Assembly (NCBI RefSeq): GCF_006345805.1
Contig: NC_043003.1
Coordinates: 100,564,001-100,628,000 of the forward strand
Direction of reading: 5' to 3'
Length of the DNA stretch: 64,000 nucleotides
From: Octopus sinensis
Taxonomy: Eukaryota
Shown here: positions 1-12,335 of the stretch, piece by piece
How positions within the stretch are numbered: the stretch's first letter is position 1
Layout: each line of letters begins with the position of its first letter
Notes under the pieces: model-generated
The model's database searches: none
What the model saw: only the letters and a program-made list of their open reading frames with translations
Told to the model about the DNA's origin: nothing
Made by a program: the position numbers and the translations under genes

Positions 1-27
1 ATATATATATATATATATATACATATA

Positions 28-191
28 TACGACGGGCTTCTTTCAGTTTCCGTCTACCAAATCCACTCACAAGGCTTTGGTCAGCCCGAGGCTATAGTAG
101 AAGACACTTGCCCAAGGTGCTATGCAATGGGACTGAACCCGGAACCATGTGGTTGGTAAACAAGCTACTTACCACACAGCCACTCCTGCGC
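28..191 (-). mobile_element. tRNA-derived CORE-type SINE, 5' half
   Basis: Reverse complement reads GGCGCAGGAGTGGCTGTGTGGTAAG (A-box-like) ...GGGTTCAGTCCC (B-box-like) ...CACCTTGGGCAAGTGTCTTC (CORE-like); same as copies at 11626, 31001, 45588. Confidence 0.85.
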
Positions 192-394
192 CTATATATA
201 TATCTTATTTTATTATTTTCTCATCCATTGACATCACCAATAGTTAAAGTCAAAAATGACTTTTCTGAAATATGCTTATTTTTTATTTTATTTTTATAAA
301 ACCGATACAGACACCAGTCAGGTGACACTGGCATCAGCCATGTTTGGCAAGGGTATCATAACTACAATTTCCATTTGATTTTTATTTTGATGTT

Positions 395-775
395 GATGTC
401 TCCTCAAGCACAGTGGGTTACTCTACTATCCAAGGTTAGCACAGCAGGCCATCCTGTGAACCATGAACTCACTTCATTTGTCAGGTCTTCGCAGTCACAG
501 CATATCTCCAGAGGTTTCAGTCTTTTGTCATAGCCTCTGTGAGGCCCAATGTTTGAAGGTCAAGCTTGACCACCTCATCCCATGTCTTCTTGGGTCTACC
601 TCTACTCCAGATTCCTTCAACAGTTTGGGAGTGGCACTTCTTCCCACATCTTTCCTCATCCATCCACAGTATATGACCATACCAACGCAACCGTCTCTCC
701 TGCATGCCACATCCGATGCTTCTTATGTCCAACATTTCTCTCAGGGTGCTTACACTGTCGTGCATGGACACTGAC
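395..775 (-). mobile_element. RTE-clade LINE, 3' ORF fragment
   Basis: ORF 517..954 contains RLRWYGHILWMDEERC..GRPKKTWDEVVKLDL, the C-terminus also seen in the RTE copies at 13745 and 51500. Confidence 0.8.
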
Positions 776-1269
776 ATTATATATAAATATATATATATAT
801 ACACACACCCAAATATATATGCTAGTGCAACACAAATAATTGTCGGCTTTATAAGGTGAAATCTATAAGAGAGATATAATTTTCTCTGTACATAATTTGT
901 GTTATATATGTGTGTGTGTATGTATATATATATATAAAATGCGTGTATACACACACATATCTATATATATACACACACACACATATATACATATACACAC
1001 ACACACACATATATACATATACACACACACGCATATATATATATATATATATATATAATTATGTGAAATAGAAAGATGAATAATCTTGTAGTAGATTAAT
1101 CAAAAGTTTAACCGATACCTTAGTAGCAAAAATCACAGCAGTGAACAGCACGGTTGGAGGTACAACCATCTGGCGTTGCAACCGTGCGTTGGTGCGGATA
1201 ATTGAAATTAAAACATTATTGGTGAATTGAAGAAATGGAGCTGAACGCAGATTGAACAGAAATCGTTTT

Positions 1270-1360
1270 ATTTCATTCTACACGTGTTTCGAAAGGCACA
1301 AATTACCAAAATCTGATTGAATAATGGGACCATATTGTGTCTTTCTCTTCAGGAAGAAAA
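1270..1360 (-). ncRNA. type-I hammerhead ribozyme (inverted arm of PLE family A)
   Basis: Reverse complement of the 3425-3515 motif with an intact core. Confidence 0.85.
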
Positions 1361-2219
1361 AAGGAAATCCGTTGGAAAAACAAAAACAGAACAGAGGCAG
1401 AGCAAAAAACAAATCGAACTGTGCTCCTAAGAGCCCATGGCGAAACTGTTTATCAGTGTATGTTGAGAACCGGTGGCTGAAGAATTCAACAGGTCAGGCA
1501 TCGGTCAATCATGTGGGTGAGGGTGTATATATGTTCTTTGTGACCGAGAATAAAGTTCTGACTATTTAAAGAATATTGGATGTTTTATAAGGGGCGAGAA
1601 AAAATCTACTTAGAGACGTGTGTGTGTGTATACTGTTCTATATATGTGTGTGTTGGCGTAGGGGTAGAAAACATTTTTTGTGTACGTGTGTGCGTTTGAT
1701 CGTTCGGCTGTCAGTGGCTACTGCCGTGATAACCGTTGGGTGGCAGAAAGAAAAAAAATAAAGAAATTATATATATATTATGTTTTATGTGTGTGTGTGA
1801 GTGTTCATCTAAGCCTGCCTTGACAAGGAAGCCCCCCGCTGTGAAAAAACAAGCCCCGTTTGTCTTACAGGAGTAATTTCCCTTGCAGTGGTTAATTGTA
1901 GATATCTTAAAAGCTATTCAGAATTTGTTACCAAGGGCTATGGGTGCCGGTCTTATTTATAAACGCTATTTAAAGGCCAGATAAGTGTAACGCCGCCAAT
2001 GGGGGCATCGAAAAGCCGACTGTAAGAGCCCGTTTACCATCCGGCCTCTGGCAAACAAAATATGGAAGAGTTCGGAGACACAAAGGTTGCACTGTCTTCT
2101 GCCCCTATCAAATGGGAGGGCCACCGACAAAATTGACCATTCCAGCCTATAGCTTAAGTTCGCATCCTTCAGTCGCCATATTAGCTTACTGAGTCCCGTG
2201 GTCTGGCGCATCATTTCCC

Positions 2220-2816
2220 GTGGTCAGCATCATTTCCCGCAATAGCAGTACCACGGGCAGTAGCAATGACAGCACTCTGATAGATAGTGGAGAATCAGGG
2301 GTTATTCCTATAGTTAATAGTGACGTAGTGGAAAATAGAGTAGTAAGCGGCTGCAGGTCTCGGAACGAATATAGTGACAGGAACGCAGTTCTAATTTCAG
2401 AAACCAATCCTAGCAGAGTAAGATTCACGTCGGCGAACTCCAAGATCAAAAACGCCGTCTACCAATGCAAGGTTTACACGGACTCAGATGCCTTCACTTA
2501 TATAGGGGCATCATCCTCAAGATTGTCTTTGCGTGTCTCCAACCATTACGCAACTTTTCGGGACGTGAACAAGCGCCAGACCACGGGACTCAGTAAGCTA
2601 ATATGGCGACTGAAGGATGCGAACTTAAGCTATAGGCTGGAATGGTCAATTTTGTCGGTGGCCCTCCCATTTGATAGGGGCAGAAGACAGTGCAACCTTT
2701 GTGTCTCCGAACTCTTCCATATTTTGTTTGCCAGAGGCCGGATGGTAAACGGGCTCTTACAGTCGGCTTTTCGATGCCCCCATTGGCGGCGTTACACTTA
2801 TCTGGCCTTTAAATAG
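2220..2816 (+). pseudogene. PLE GIY-YIG endonuclease domain (RT lost by 5' truncation)
   Basis: AVYQCKV..FTYIGASSSRLSLRVSNHY..TTGLSKLIWRLK..CNLCVSE..CPHW; homologous to the C-terminus of ORF 33943..35913. Confidence 0.88.
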
Positions 2817-3424
2817 CGTTTATAAATAAGACCGGCACCCATAGCCCTTGGTAACAAATTCTGAAATAGCTTTTAAGATATCTACAATTAACCACTGCAA
2901 GGGAAATTACTCCTGTAAGACAAACGGGGCTTGTTTTTTCACAGCGGGGGGCTTCCTTGTCAAGGCAGGCTTAGATGAACACTCACACACACACATAAAA
3001 CATAATATATATATATAATTTCTTTATTTTTTTTCTTTCTGCCACCCAACGGTTATCACGGCAGTAGCCACTGACAGCCGAACGATCAAACGCACACACG
3101 TACACAAAAAATGTTTTCTACCCCTACGCCAACACACACATATATAGAACAGTATACACACACACACGTCTCTAAGTAGATTTTTTCTCGCCCCTTATAA
3201 AACATCCAATATTCTTTAAATAGTCAGAACTTTATTCTCGGTCACAAAGAACATATATACACCCTCACCCACATGATTGACCGATGCCTGACCTGTTGAA
3301 TTCTTCAGCCACCGGTTCTCAACATACACTGATAAACAGTTTCGCCATGGGCTCTTAGGAGCACAGTTCGATTTGTTTTTTGCTCTGCCTCTGTTCTGTT
3401 TTTGTTTTTCCAACGGATTTCCTT

Positions 3425-3515
3425 TTTTCTTCCTGAAGAGAAAGACACAATATGGTCCCATTATTCAATCGGATTTTGGTAATTTGTGCCTTTCGAAACA
3501 CGTGTAGAATGAAAT
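3425..3515 (+). ncRNA. type-I hammerhead ribozyme, extended helix II
   Basis: ttc-CTGAAGA(3433-39)-gaaag.cacaa...ttgtg.ctttc-GAAAC(3495-99)-acgt-GTA(3504-06)-gaa; helix III palindrome ACACGTGT. Confidence 0.87.
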
Positions 3516-3779
3516 AAAACGATTTCTGTTCAATCTGCGTTCAGCTCCATTTCTTCAATTCACCAATAATATATATATATATATATATAAACATCCATAT
3601 GTATATGTACATACATATACGTATTACATATTGTATGCTATGATTATATATGATCATAGTGATGATGCTGATGTTGACAACAATAGTAGTGATGATAAAA
3701 ATAACTGGAATACAAACAGCATATAAAAACTTATGAATTGGTCCAACACAAATATATAGAGGAAAGAGAAGTTGAAATC

Positions 3780-5300
3780 ACATAAACAACATCAAAGAAA
3801 TTCAAAACTGTGCAAGTTTCATTGGCAGAGAGATAAAATATGTTCACATCAATCCAGTCCAAGTACATGTTCAAGCATACACACACATATTTGTTTATAT
3901 ATACATACATGAAAGGAATAATCGTACAGGCTGACAAAAATGGAAATTTGTACAACATAGACGTGAAATTACAAAATGAATTGTTACATAAAGAAATACT
4001 TAAAAATTACAAAATAATAAATAAAAATGTTCTCATATCTATTAATCTTAAAGCTAAAAAAATAATGAATGAATTCGGAATTGACAACATAACAGAGATT
4101 TATGAACCTTCCAGACCAAAAATTAGCCTTAAAGACCATAGAGAAAATTTTGAGACCGATCCTAAAATAAGGTTGATATGTCCATGTAAATCAGACCTTG
4201 TAAAACTTAAGCAAAACTTATATATTATAGATAAATATATACACTCAGAGATTAAACCTAGCCTATGGTCCAAAACACAAGATACAATTAACTAGTTTAC
4301 TAACATTCACGACAAGAGAAAATGCAAATTTCTCCAAATAGACATTAATGACTATTACCAATCTATTAACTCAATTTTATTAAAGAAGGCACTCATCTTT
4401 GCTAAGAATAGAACTAACTTGTCCATGAAAGAAATAAAAATTATTTTGGCAGCTAAAAAACATTGATATTACATGAAGGTAAATATTATGCAAGGAAAGA
4501 TACACCAGACCGCTTTGATATACTGATGGGCACACACAACTCTGATGAGGTAACCGACTTAGTTGGCGTTTTTCTACTACGCAAATTTAAGGAGGAATTT
4601 CCTGAATTCAAAAGCTGACTATACTGGGACAATGCCCTATTCTTAGTAAGGAACATTACAAATAGAAAATTGGAAAATTACAAAAAAAGACTACATACAT
4701 TTTTTAAGAATCAAGGACTTTCTATATCAATTGAAAAAGATAACATCTCTGTAAACTTTCTTGATGTTAACTTCAACCTTAATACTTCTGTTTACCAACC
4801 TTATCATAGACCTAATGCCAACATTAGATATATAAAGGCAAACAGTAACCATCCACATAATATTATAGAAAACCTTAGTACAAACATAGAGAGAAGAATT
4901 AATTTCCTATCTTCTAATGAAGAAGTATTTAACAAACACACAGACTATTACAATATAGCACTTAAGAAGGCAGGATATAAGTATGAAATTAAGTATAATA
5001 GGAACTTCAACACTACTAAGAACCATATTAAAAATAATTACATAAATAATGTTATGAAATAAAGAGACTTAGATACCTATAAAAAAACAGTATACCCTCA
5101 TAATGAAAATACGAAAGGTCTCCACACTAACCATAAATATAACAAACATGATAAATAGCCCAATTATAATAATAATAATAAAAAAAATTAAACTAAAGCA
5201 TGATGAACATTATACTAAAAACAAAATTAAAAATAAGAACAGAAATCATAAAAATTATGAAAACTCTCAGATTTTTCAACTCTATTTTACTATTATCAAC
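3780..5300 (+). mobile_element. degenerate PLE (same broad group as families A/B), RT region
   Basis: ORF pieces LKDHRENFETDPKIRLICPCKSDL (3840..4295) and VNFLDVNFNL..YIKANSNHP..YNIALKKAGY (4670..5062); several stops and frameshifts. Confidence 0.8.
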
Positions 5301-5859
5301 ATTAGCTGTTTCGTTAAATTATGCTACCCAAATCCCAAAAGAATATTTTTCTCCCTCGTGTTCTGACCACCTTCACTCTGGTACCCTCCTCTCTCTGCCT
5401 CACTCTGTCTCTCTCTGTCTCTGTCTCTCTTTCGATTATCACTCGCTTCGCCAAGACTTCCTCTTCCACCTCCACCCTATATAAACTAGCACATGCACTC
5501 ACATTCCCCTACTCAATTTTTTAATACCTCCACCAAAAGAATATGTATCCAGAAGATGCTCTCGTCTAAATTTGCTACATCACGGTATGCCCGCCCACCC
5601 ACTCCTCCACCTGTGCCAGAAATACTATCCTCTGTCATCCTTTGGTTGTCTCCCATGAACACTTCTAAAGGCTACTTAGGGTTTATCTCCTATGTAAAGT
5701 AGTGATTATATAGTGCAAAAATATGATAATGTAGTGTATGCAGGTTGAATTGAAGGCTATTGTTTGTTTATGAATTCTGCCAAATGCGAGCTTTCATTTC
5801 AGGTACATGATGCTGCTGTCCTCCATCCCAGGGTCTCACGGGCTCACACCTCCCACACC

Positions 5860-6190
5860 CTCAGGGTTGGTAATCTCAACTCTCGCAGTGCCATTCACCC
5901 TTCCTTGGCCTCTTCTTGATCCATGACTGCAGTTCGGACATGGAGACGAGCTGTGGGAAAACGCGCCTCACAAATGGCGACCACACCTGTTCACCATCGT
6001 TTATGTAGAGCGGGAGATGTCGCAGTCTCAGCATGTGTCTGCGAATCATCAACCATGGCATGCCCAGCCCTCCTTTTAACTGGTATTGGCAGCAAACAGA
6101 TCGCCTGACCATTGGAAAACTTCCTTTCAACAAGAAGCAGAAGAGAATGTGCTCCAGTTTGGTGATAGTAGGGTTGGGACAAGGCACAAT
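5860..6190 (-). mobile_element. Tx1/L1-like LINE ORF2 internal fragment
   Basis: ORF 5876..6187 GGLGMPWLMIRRHMLRLRHL..WIKKRPRKGEWHCE overlaps in protein with the start of the 6270-7018 fragment. Confidence 0.65.
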
Positions 6191-6205
6191 GGTCAGGCTA
6201 GATAG

Positions 6206-6238
<33 letters not shown>

Positions 6239-6269
6239 AAGAGAGAGAGAGTGAGAGAGAGTGAGATAA

Positions 6270-7018
6270 GTTCATAGGATAATGCTCAAGCTGGCTCCGT
6301 CATTCACACATGCCATCCTTGATACATTCACCCATCTTTTTTTGAAGAATTTACTAGACAAAACTTCCCTCTCTACTCTCACCTTCCTCTTCAAGTGATA
6401 TTTGAAGAAGTTGATGAGAGATTGACCAGAGAGGAACGTGTTTGTCTCTAGACCTTTCAGACATGTCCACCATACACATTCTTTCACCATAGCCACAAGT
6501 ACAATGAAAATGGCTCTTCCTTCCCATTTCAAGGAAGGAGGCGCGACAATATTCACGATAGACTCGGTTGATAAACCAACTTGTTCCACATACGATAGCA
6601 GTCATTTGACATAAGCCCACAGGTTGGAAATGGTTGCGCACTGTACAAGTGTGTGCAGGAATGTTTTGTCGCTCTGACCGCATCTCAGACAGGTCGGCTC
6701 TGTGTTTCGCGAGCCATACCTGTAGAGCTTATCCCAAACGGGTAGTACTTCTCGATAGCACTGCCAGGCCAAGGATCTCTAGAAGTTGTCCATAGGTCCC
6801 GGCCCGAAAGTCATCTTGAACAAGCGGGCCAGGTATTCCTTGTCGATGCGCAGGTTAGCTCCAAGATCATCATCGTACCTCCCCTCCACTAATCCCCTAT
6901 AAAATGCTTTGGTTGTGTTGCAGTTGCTCAAGGTCGCCCTGGGACGGCATAGTTGTTTGAGAGCAACACGACACTCGCAGTGCCATTTACCCTTCCTCGG
7001 CCTCTTTTTGACCCACAA
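6270..7018 (-). mobile_element. Tx1/L1-like LINE ORF2 C-terminal fragment (zf-RVT-like region)
   Basis: Broken frame SLAWQCYREVLPV..PTCLRCGQSDKTFLHTLVQC..KECVWWT..FFKYHLKRKVRVER..KRWVNV, typical of Tx1-clade C-termini. Confidence 0.7.
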
Positions 7019-7030
7019 TAAAAATTAACA

Positions 7031-7092
7031 TTCCCATGCCAGGAATCATAACTGGGCCACCTGGGTGAAAGCCAAGAATCCTAGCCACTAGA
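7031..7092 (-). pseudogene. tRNA-Glu(TTC) remnant lacking the first ~10 nt
   Basis: Reverse complement TCTAGTGGCTAGGATTCTTGGCTTTCACCCAGGTGGCCCAGTTATGATTCCTGGCATGGGAA matches the metazoan tRNA-Glu-TTC body; damaged T-loop; followed by a T5 run. Confidence 0.8.
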
Positions 7093-7419
7093 TAAATAGA
7101 TAGATGGAGAGGGAGAGAGGGTAGGGGATCCCCCTCCTTATTCAAAAAAAAAAGAGGAAGAGAGAAAGAAAGCAAAAATACTTTCAGTGATCACACCACA
7201 CCCGCCTTTTGTTTTTGTGAAGAGGTCACCATCCTTTACAACAGTAAATCACTAAATAAATGAATGGTGAATAGGAAGGAGGATCCCCCTTCTCCTTCTC
7301 CCTTTCTCTACCTATCTATCTATCTGTCTGTCTGCAGGACTATCTACCTATCTACCTACCTACATTTCTATCTATCTATTTCCATTGTCATGGAACTTCA
7401 CCCCAAAAAAACAAAAACA

Positions 7420-8560
7420 ATGTTATTATTACATACACTGATATCATTAAGTACCAGCCCTAGATATAGAAACAAAGAATGGGATAGGATACAAAGAACT
7501 TGTGACAAAGCAAACAGGGCGAACACATGGTATAAAACTGACAAATATCAAGGAGTGATGTTTGTAGAGGCCACATCCCACGGAGAACTAACCCGTAGAT
7601 TTAGAAAAGCTCTGAAGCACACCAAACTCAACATTAAGATTGTTGAAAAGCCTCTTATCTGCATCTTATCCAAGAACCCAAAAGACCCAACACTCAGACG
7701 AATATGGGAGTATGTCCTTATAAATGAAACTTCTCCAATACTAAATAGGGAATATACATAGTAGATATCATACCTTCATACCCAAAGTTTACACAGGTAG
7801 AGTAGAATAGTTAGTGGGCTGTTATGTACATAGATCTATGTATGTATGTGTGTGCATGTGGGTGTATGTATATATGTGTATATGCACATGTATGTAAGCA
7901 TATGGATATGAAAATAAATAGATTAACATACAGACGGATAGGTACATAGGTTATATGAACAGACAAGCACACATGCGCACACATACACAAATGAAGACTG
8001 AAACACATGACCATATATGCACACACACTTTACTTCACTCAAGGACACATATGGAGATGTGCCCACACATATGGAGATGCACATCCATACATACAAACAC
8101 AGCACATAGATGCAAATCACACACACACACACATACACTCAGACATGCACACACAAGGAGACAAAGGTGCATACATATACAAACACACACACACACATAC
8201 ATACATAAAAAATATACGAACATGGACATGCAAGCACATGAATATGCAGAATACATACATACAGATGCACACACATACATACATATGCACACACACATAT
8301 GTATATGTGTGTGTGTGTGTACATATGTATATATGTGTGTGCACATACATACATGCATAGGCACACACACACACTGATCCACACACATGCGCACGAACAA
8401 ACAAAAAGGAATGCAGTGTAAATAACAGACAGAGTCAAGACTATTGAAAAGGTTGCAAGACGCAATAAAAATTTTAGGAAAATAAAAACAGGAAATAAGT
8501 GGAAATTTTACCAGTGTGTTAAATTATAAGGCACAAAAAGAAAATGACTCTCCCCAGACA
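7420..8560 (+). mobile_element. PLE family D fragment (internally deleted ORF end plus microsatellite-rich 3' UTR)
   Basis: PRYRNKEWDRIQRTCDK..VMFVEATSHGEL almost identical to 57415-57610; downstream UTR matches the reverse complement of 38160-38950. Confidence 0.8.
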
Positions 8561-8670
8561 ACAGAATATGCTTCAACACACAAACTCACATAAAGAATCT
8601 TGCAAACCAAATCCAAAAACAAAATACATATATATACATCTATATATCTATATCTATATATATATACATA

Positions 8671-8724
<54 letters not shown>

Positions 8725-8726
<2 letters not shown>

Positions 8727-9090
8727 TCATCGTCATCGTTTAAACGTCCGTTTTCCACCTGGTATGGGTCACACGGTTTGACTGAGATCTGGAGAGCCAG
8801 CGGCTGCACCAGGCTCCGATCTGATTCGGCAATAGTTCTACAGCTGGATGCCCTTCCTAGTGCCAACCACTCCGAGAGTGTAGTGGGTGCTTTTTACGTG
8901 CCACCAGCACAGGCACCAGTCAGGCGGGCTTGGCATTGAGCACCTTCGGATAGTACTTTTTATGTGCCACCGGCATGAGGGCCAGTCAGAGGGTACTGGC
9001 ATCAGCCATGTTCGGATGGTGTTTTTTATGTGCCACCAGCATGGGGGCCAGTCAGGCAGACCTGGCATTGACTGCATTTGGATGGTGCTT
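8725..9090 (-). mobile_element. 5'-truncated RTE 3' UTR with ~66-bp tandem repeats
   Basis: (GAT)n tail, AGGAAGGGCATCCAGC motif as at the RTE 3' end (52030-52210); repeat units start near 8887, 8953, 9019, 9085. Confidence 0.8.
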
Positions 9091-9351
9091 TTTGTATATA
9101 TATATATATATATATATATACGAGATTAATTTGTGTAAAAATCAATAGGAAGAGTACTCCATCTAATGAGATTCTGATATTACTATTAATGCTTAATACT
9201 ACATGCATTATATGTGCTACTAATAGTTTCACGTACATAAGTACATTCATCAGGTGCTGATGAATGTACCTATGTACATGAAACTATTAGTAGTGCATAT
9301 AATGCATGTAGTATGAAGCATTAATAGTAATATATATAAATATATATATAA

Positions 9352-9545
9352 ATAGGTGTTAGCATGGCTGTGTGGTTAGGAAGCTTGCTTCCCAGCTACA
9401 TGGTTTCGGTTTCAGTCCCACCGCGTGGCACCTTGGGTGTCTTCTGCTATATCTCTGGGCTAACCAAAGTTTTGTAATTGAATTTGATAGGTGGAAGCTA
9501 CTGCTGCGTGTGTACATGTGTGAGTAGGTGCTTGTGCCTCTCCAA
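9352..9545 (+). mobile_element. diverged CORE-type SINE, 5' part
   Basis: GCATGGCTGTGTGGTTAGGAAGCTTGCTTCCCA..GGTTTCAGTCCCAC..GGCACCTTGGG. Confidence 0.7.
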
Positions 9546-9744
9546 AAGAGAGAGAGAGAGAGAGAGAGTAGAGAGAGAGAGAGGGATTAGAGGGTAAAGA
9601 ACAACAAAACTAAGGCAGGATGAATGTCTCAAGTAATGTAGAATATTTAATTAGAGTAAGGTGAATTTGAAGTAATTAATTAATTAGTTAATCAATTAAT
9701 TAATTATTGGATATCACACACACACACACACATATATATGCATA

Positions 9745-10790
9745 AGTATCCAGATCAATAAGTATCTGGACTGATGCCATAGTAACGAAACTAAAGCTTG
9801 GCACAGACTGATCTTGATTGATCTTTAATGTTCTAGCTCAATTCCACTGTTTACAGCAATGCTTTGAAAGAACATGTGTAGTGTGTGATCGTCACATTGA
9901 CCAGGACAGAAAATCTACATCAAATTTTGCCAAAAGCTTGGTTATACCTGTTTAGAGGCCTACACAAAGTTGCAGAATGTTTATAGAGAGGAGTGCATGA
10001 GCCACGCACAAATGTACAAGTGGTTCAGATGTTTCCAATATGGCCAAAAAAATGTCTATAGTGATAAACGTTCGGTGAGACCTGCAAACAGCAGAACTGA
10101 GAAAAAACATTGCAGATGTGCATGCAGCTGTGTAGGGAAATTGTTACCACAGATTAGGGTATGAGACGCATGTCTGCCAAGTTTGTGCCAAAACTGCTTT
10201 CAGCTGACAAAACGAACACTCAGGTTTCAGCTGCACAAAAGCTCCTTGCTTGTTTTGAGAATGATTTAAACTTTTTGAAAACAGGTGATGAATTGTGGGT
10301 CTATGGCTGTGACCCAGAAACAAAGGCTTAGTCTTAGTAGTGGAAGACTGCAACCCTTCTGAGACCAAAGAAAGCACGAAGGAGTCAAAGTAATGTGAAG
10401 ACACTGTTGACTGTTTTCTTCGACTACAAGGGGATTGTTCATCATGAATATGCTCCACCTAGTCAGACAGTAAACAAGAAGTACTACTAAGATGTTTTGT
10501 GGCATTTGCAGGTTGCTATTTGTCAGAAAAAACCACAACTGCACCATGACAACACACCTTCCCATTCAGCATATCTTGTGCAGCAGTTTTTGGCAAGGCA
10601 CAGTATTCCCCAGGTCCAACAGCCACCATATTCGCCCCTTGCGACTTTTTCCTCTTTCCAAAAATTAAATCCCTCTTGAAAGGAAGAAGATTTCAGGACA
10701 TTGAGGAAATAAAAGTGAATGCAATGAGGCAGCTGCTGACTTTGCCACAGAACAAGTTCCAGGAATACTTCAATCAATAAGGATTACAGG
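9745..10790 (+). mobile_element. degenerate mariner transposon
   Basis: Fragments MSHAQMYKWF..SDKRSVRP, AKFVPKL, WVYGCDPETKA, LHHDNTPSH..QPPYSPLA; 5' end GATCAATAAGTATCTGGACTG; right TIR not seen. Confidence 0.85.
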
Positions 10791-10849
10791 TCAGTGTAGG
10801 TGGGAGATTTGCAGCCACTTTTCTCTTTTGCCTTGCACCCTGAAGCCTG

Positions 10850-11550
10850 TTAATGCTGGTTGCAACAAAGTTTCTAATACCATTTTGACACAACAATCTT
10901 CATTTTGTTCGCCCCAAGGCTGTTCCCTCAAAGATGTTGTGCTCTATCTTTATTTCTAAGAGATTACTCTTCAGCTTGTCCTTATATTTGAGCCATGGTC
11001 GACCAACATTCCTGTGCCCACTATCAAGCTGGCTGTACATGAGGACATTGGGTATTCTTTCATCGCTCATTGATGACATGGCTAGCCCAGTGCAATTGTG
11101 ATTGCATAAGGTAGCTCTTGATTCCACCAATCTTACACTTGCTAAACAGGTCAACATTAGACACTCTGTCTTTTAGTGATTAACCACAGGTTGTCCTCAG
11201 ACAGTCTTTGCGGAAGATGTGCTTGCCAGTTAACAACATTGAAGGCCTTAGTAAGATCAATGAATACCATGAACAACTCTTGATTTTTCTCATGTACCTT
11301 CTCCATGACCTGTTGAAGGGAAAAGATCATATCGATAATGCCACAACCAGAGCGAAATCCAGACTGTGATTCTGGATAATTATCGTTTAAGTGTTTGAGA
11401 ATCCTGTCAAGAATGAGTCGAGCAAGAATCTTGCCAGCAATAGACAGAAGCGATATCCCACGATGATTATCACAGACACTTCTGTTTCCTTTGTTCTTAT
11501 AAAGATGTAGAAATGAGGCATTCATGAAGTCCTGTGGTACACAGCCTATC
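10850..11550 (-). mobile_element. RTE/BovB-like LINE, internally deleted RT fragment
   Basis: LYKNKGNRSVCDNHRGISLLSIAGKILAR..FIDLTKAFN joined directly to DERIPNVLMYSQL..GRPWLKYKD. Confidence 0.8.
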
Positions 11551-11555
11551 TTATG

Positions 11556-11589
<34 letters not shown>

Positions 11590-11625
11590 TAACATATATA
11601 TATGTGTGTGTGTGTAACATATATA

Positions 11626-12005
11626 GGCGCAGGAGTGGCCGCATGGTGAGAAGCTTGCTTCCCAACCACATGGTTCTGGTTTCAGTCTCATAGTATGGCA
11701 CTTTAGACAAGTGTCTTCTACTATAATCTCAAGCCAACGAAATCCTTGTGAGTGAATCTGGTAGATAGAAAAGCTTGTCGCATACATATTTATATACATG
11801 TGTGTGTGTGTGTGTGTGTTTGTTCCGCTATCACCACTTGACAACCAGTGCTGGTGAGTATACGTCCCTGTAACTTAGTGGCTCAACAAAAGAGACCAAT
11901 AGAATAAGTACCAGGCTTAGAAAATAAGTACTGGGGTCGATTCATTTGACTAAAAATTCAAAGCAGTGTCCCAGCATAGCTGCAGTCTAATGACGGTAAA
12001 AGGTA
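11626..12005 (+). mobile_element. full-length CORE-type SINE with internal microsatellite
   Basis: Head, CORE, (TG)n, central segment and GTGTCCCAGCATAGCTGCAGTC tail. Confidence 0.85.
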
Positions 12006-12228
12006 ATATATAAATACACACACACATATAAGAGGGATGTCCACTTAGTGTATGTATTATAATTTACATGTGTAGAGGTAGGGGTTCAACAAGGTTCAGT
12101 TCTCTTACATGTATGTATTATAATTTTTCTGAATCTTCAGATTTTTCAAGGTGCTAGACCACTGGTTTTAAATTGATATTAATCAAATTAAAATTTTATT
12201 TTTCACCCTTATTATTTTAAATTTATAT

Positions 12229-12331
<103 letters not shown>

Positions 12332-12335
12332 TTCT

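Larger units (their letters stand above)
1061..3570 (+). mobile_element. PLE family A: 5'-truncated copy with tail-out inverted arm, in (TA)n
   Basis: 1215-2209 is the near-perfect reverse complement of 2573-3570; GIY-YIG ORF 2220..2816; HHR in both arms; TA repeats on both flanks. Confidence 0.92.

Noticed and set aside
5285-5320. GAAACAGCT on the minus strand after the degenerate PLE
   Set aside because: No NUH triplet or CTGANGA partner, and wrong orientation for the element
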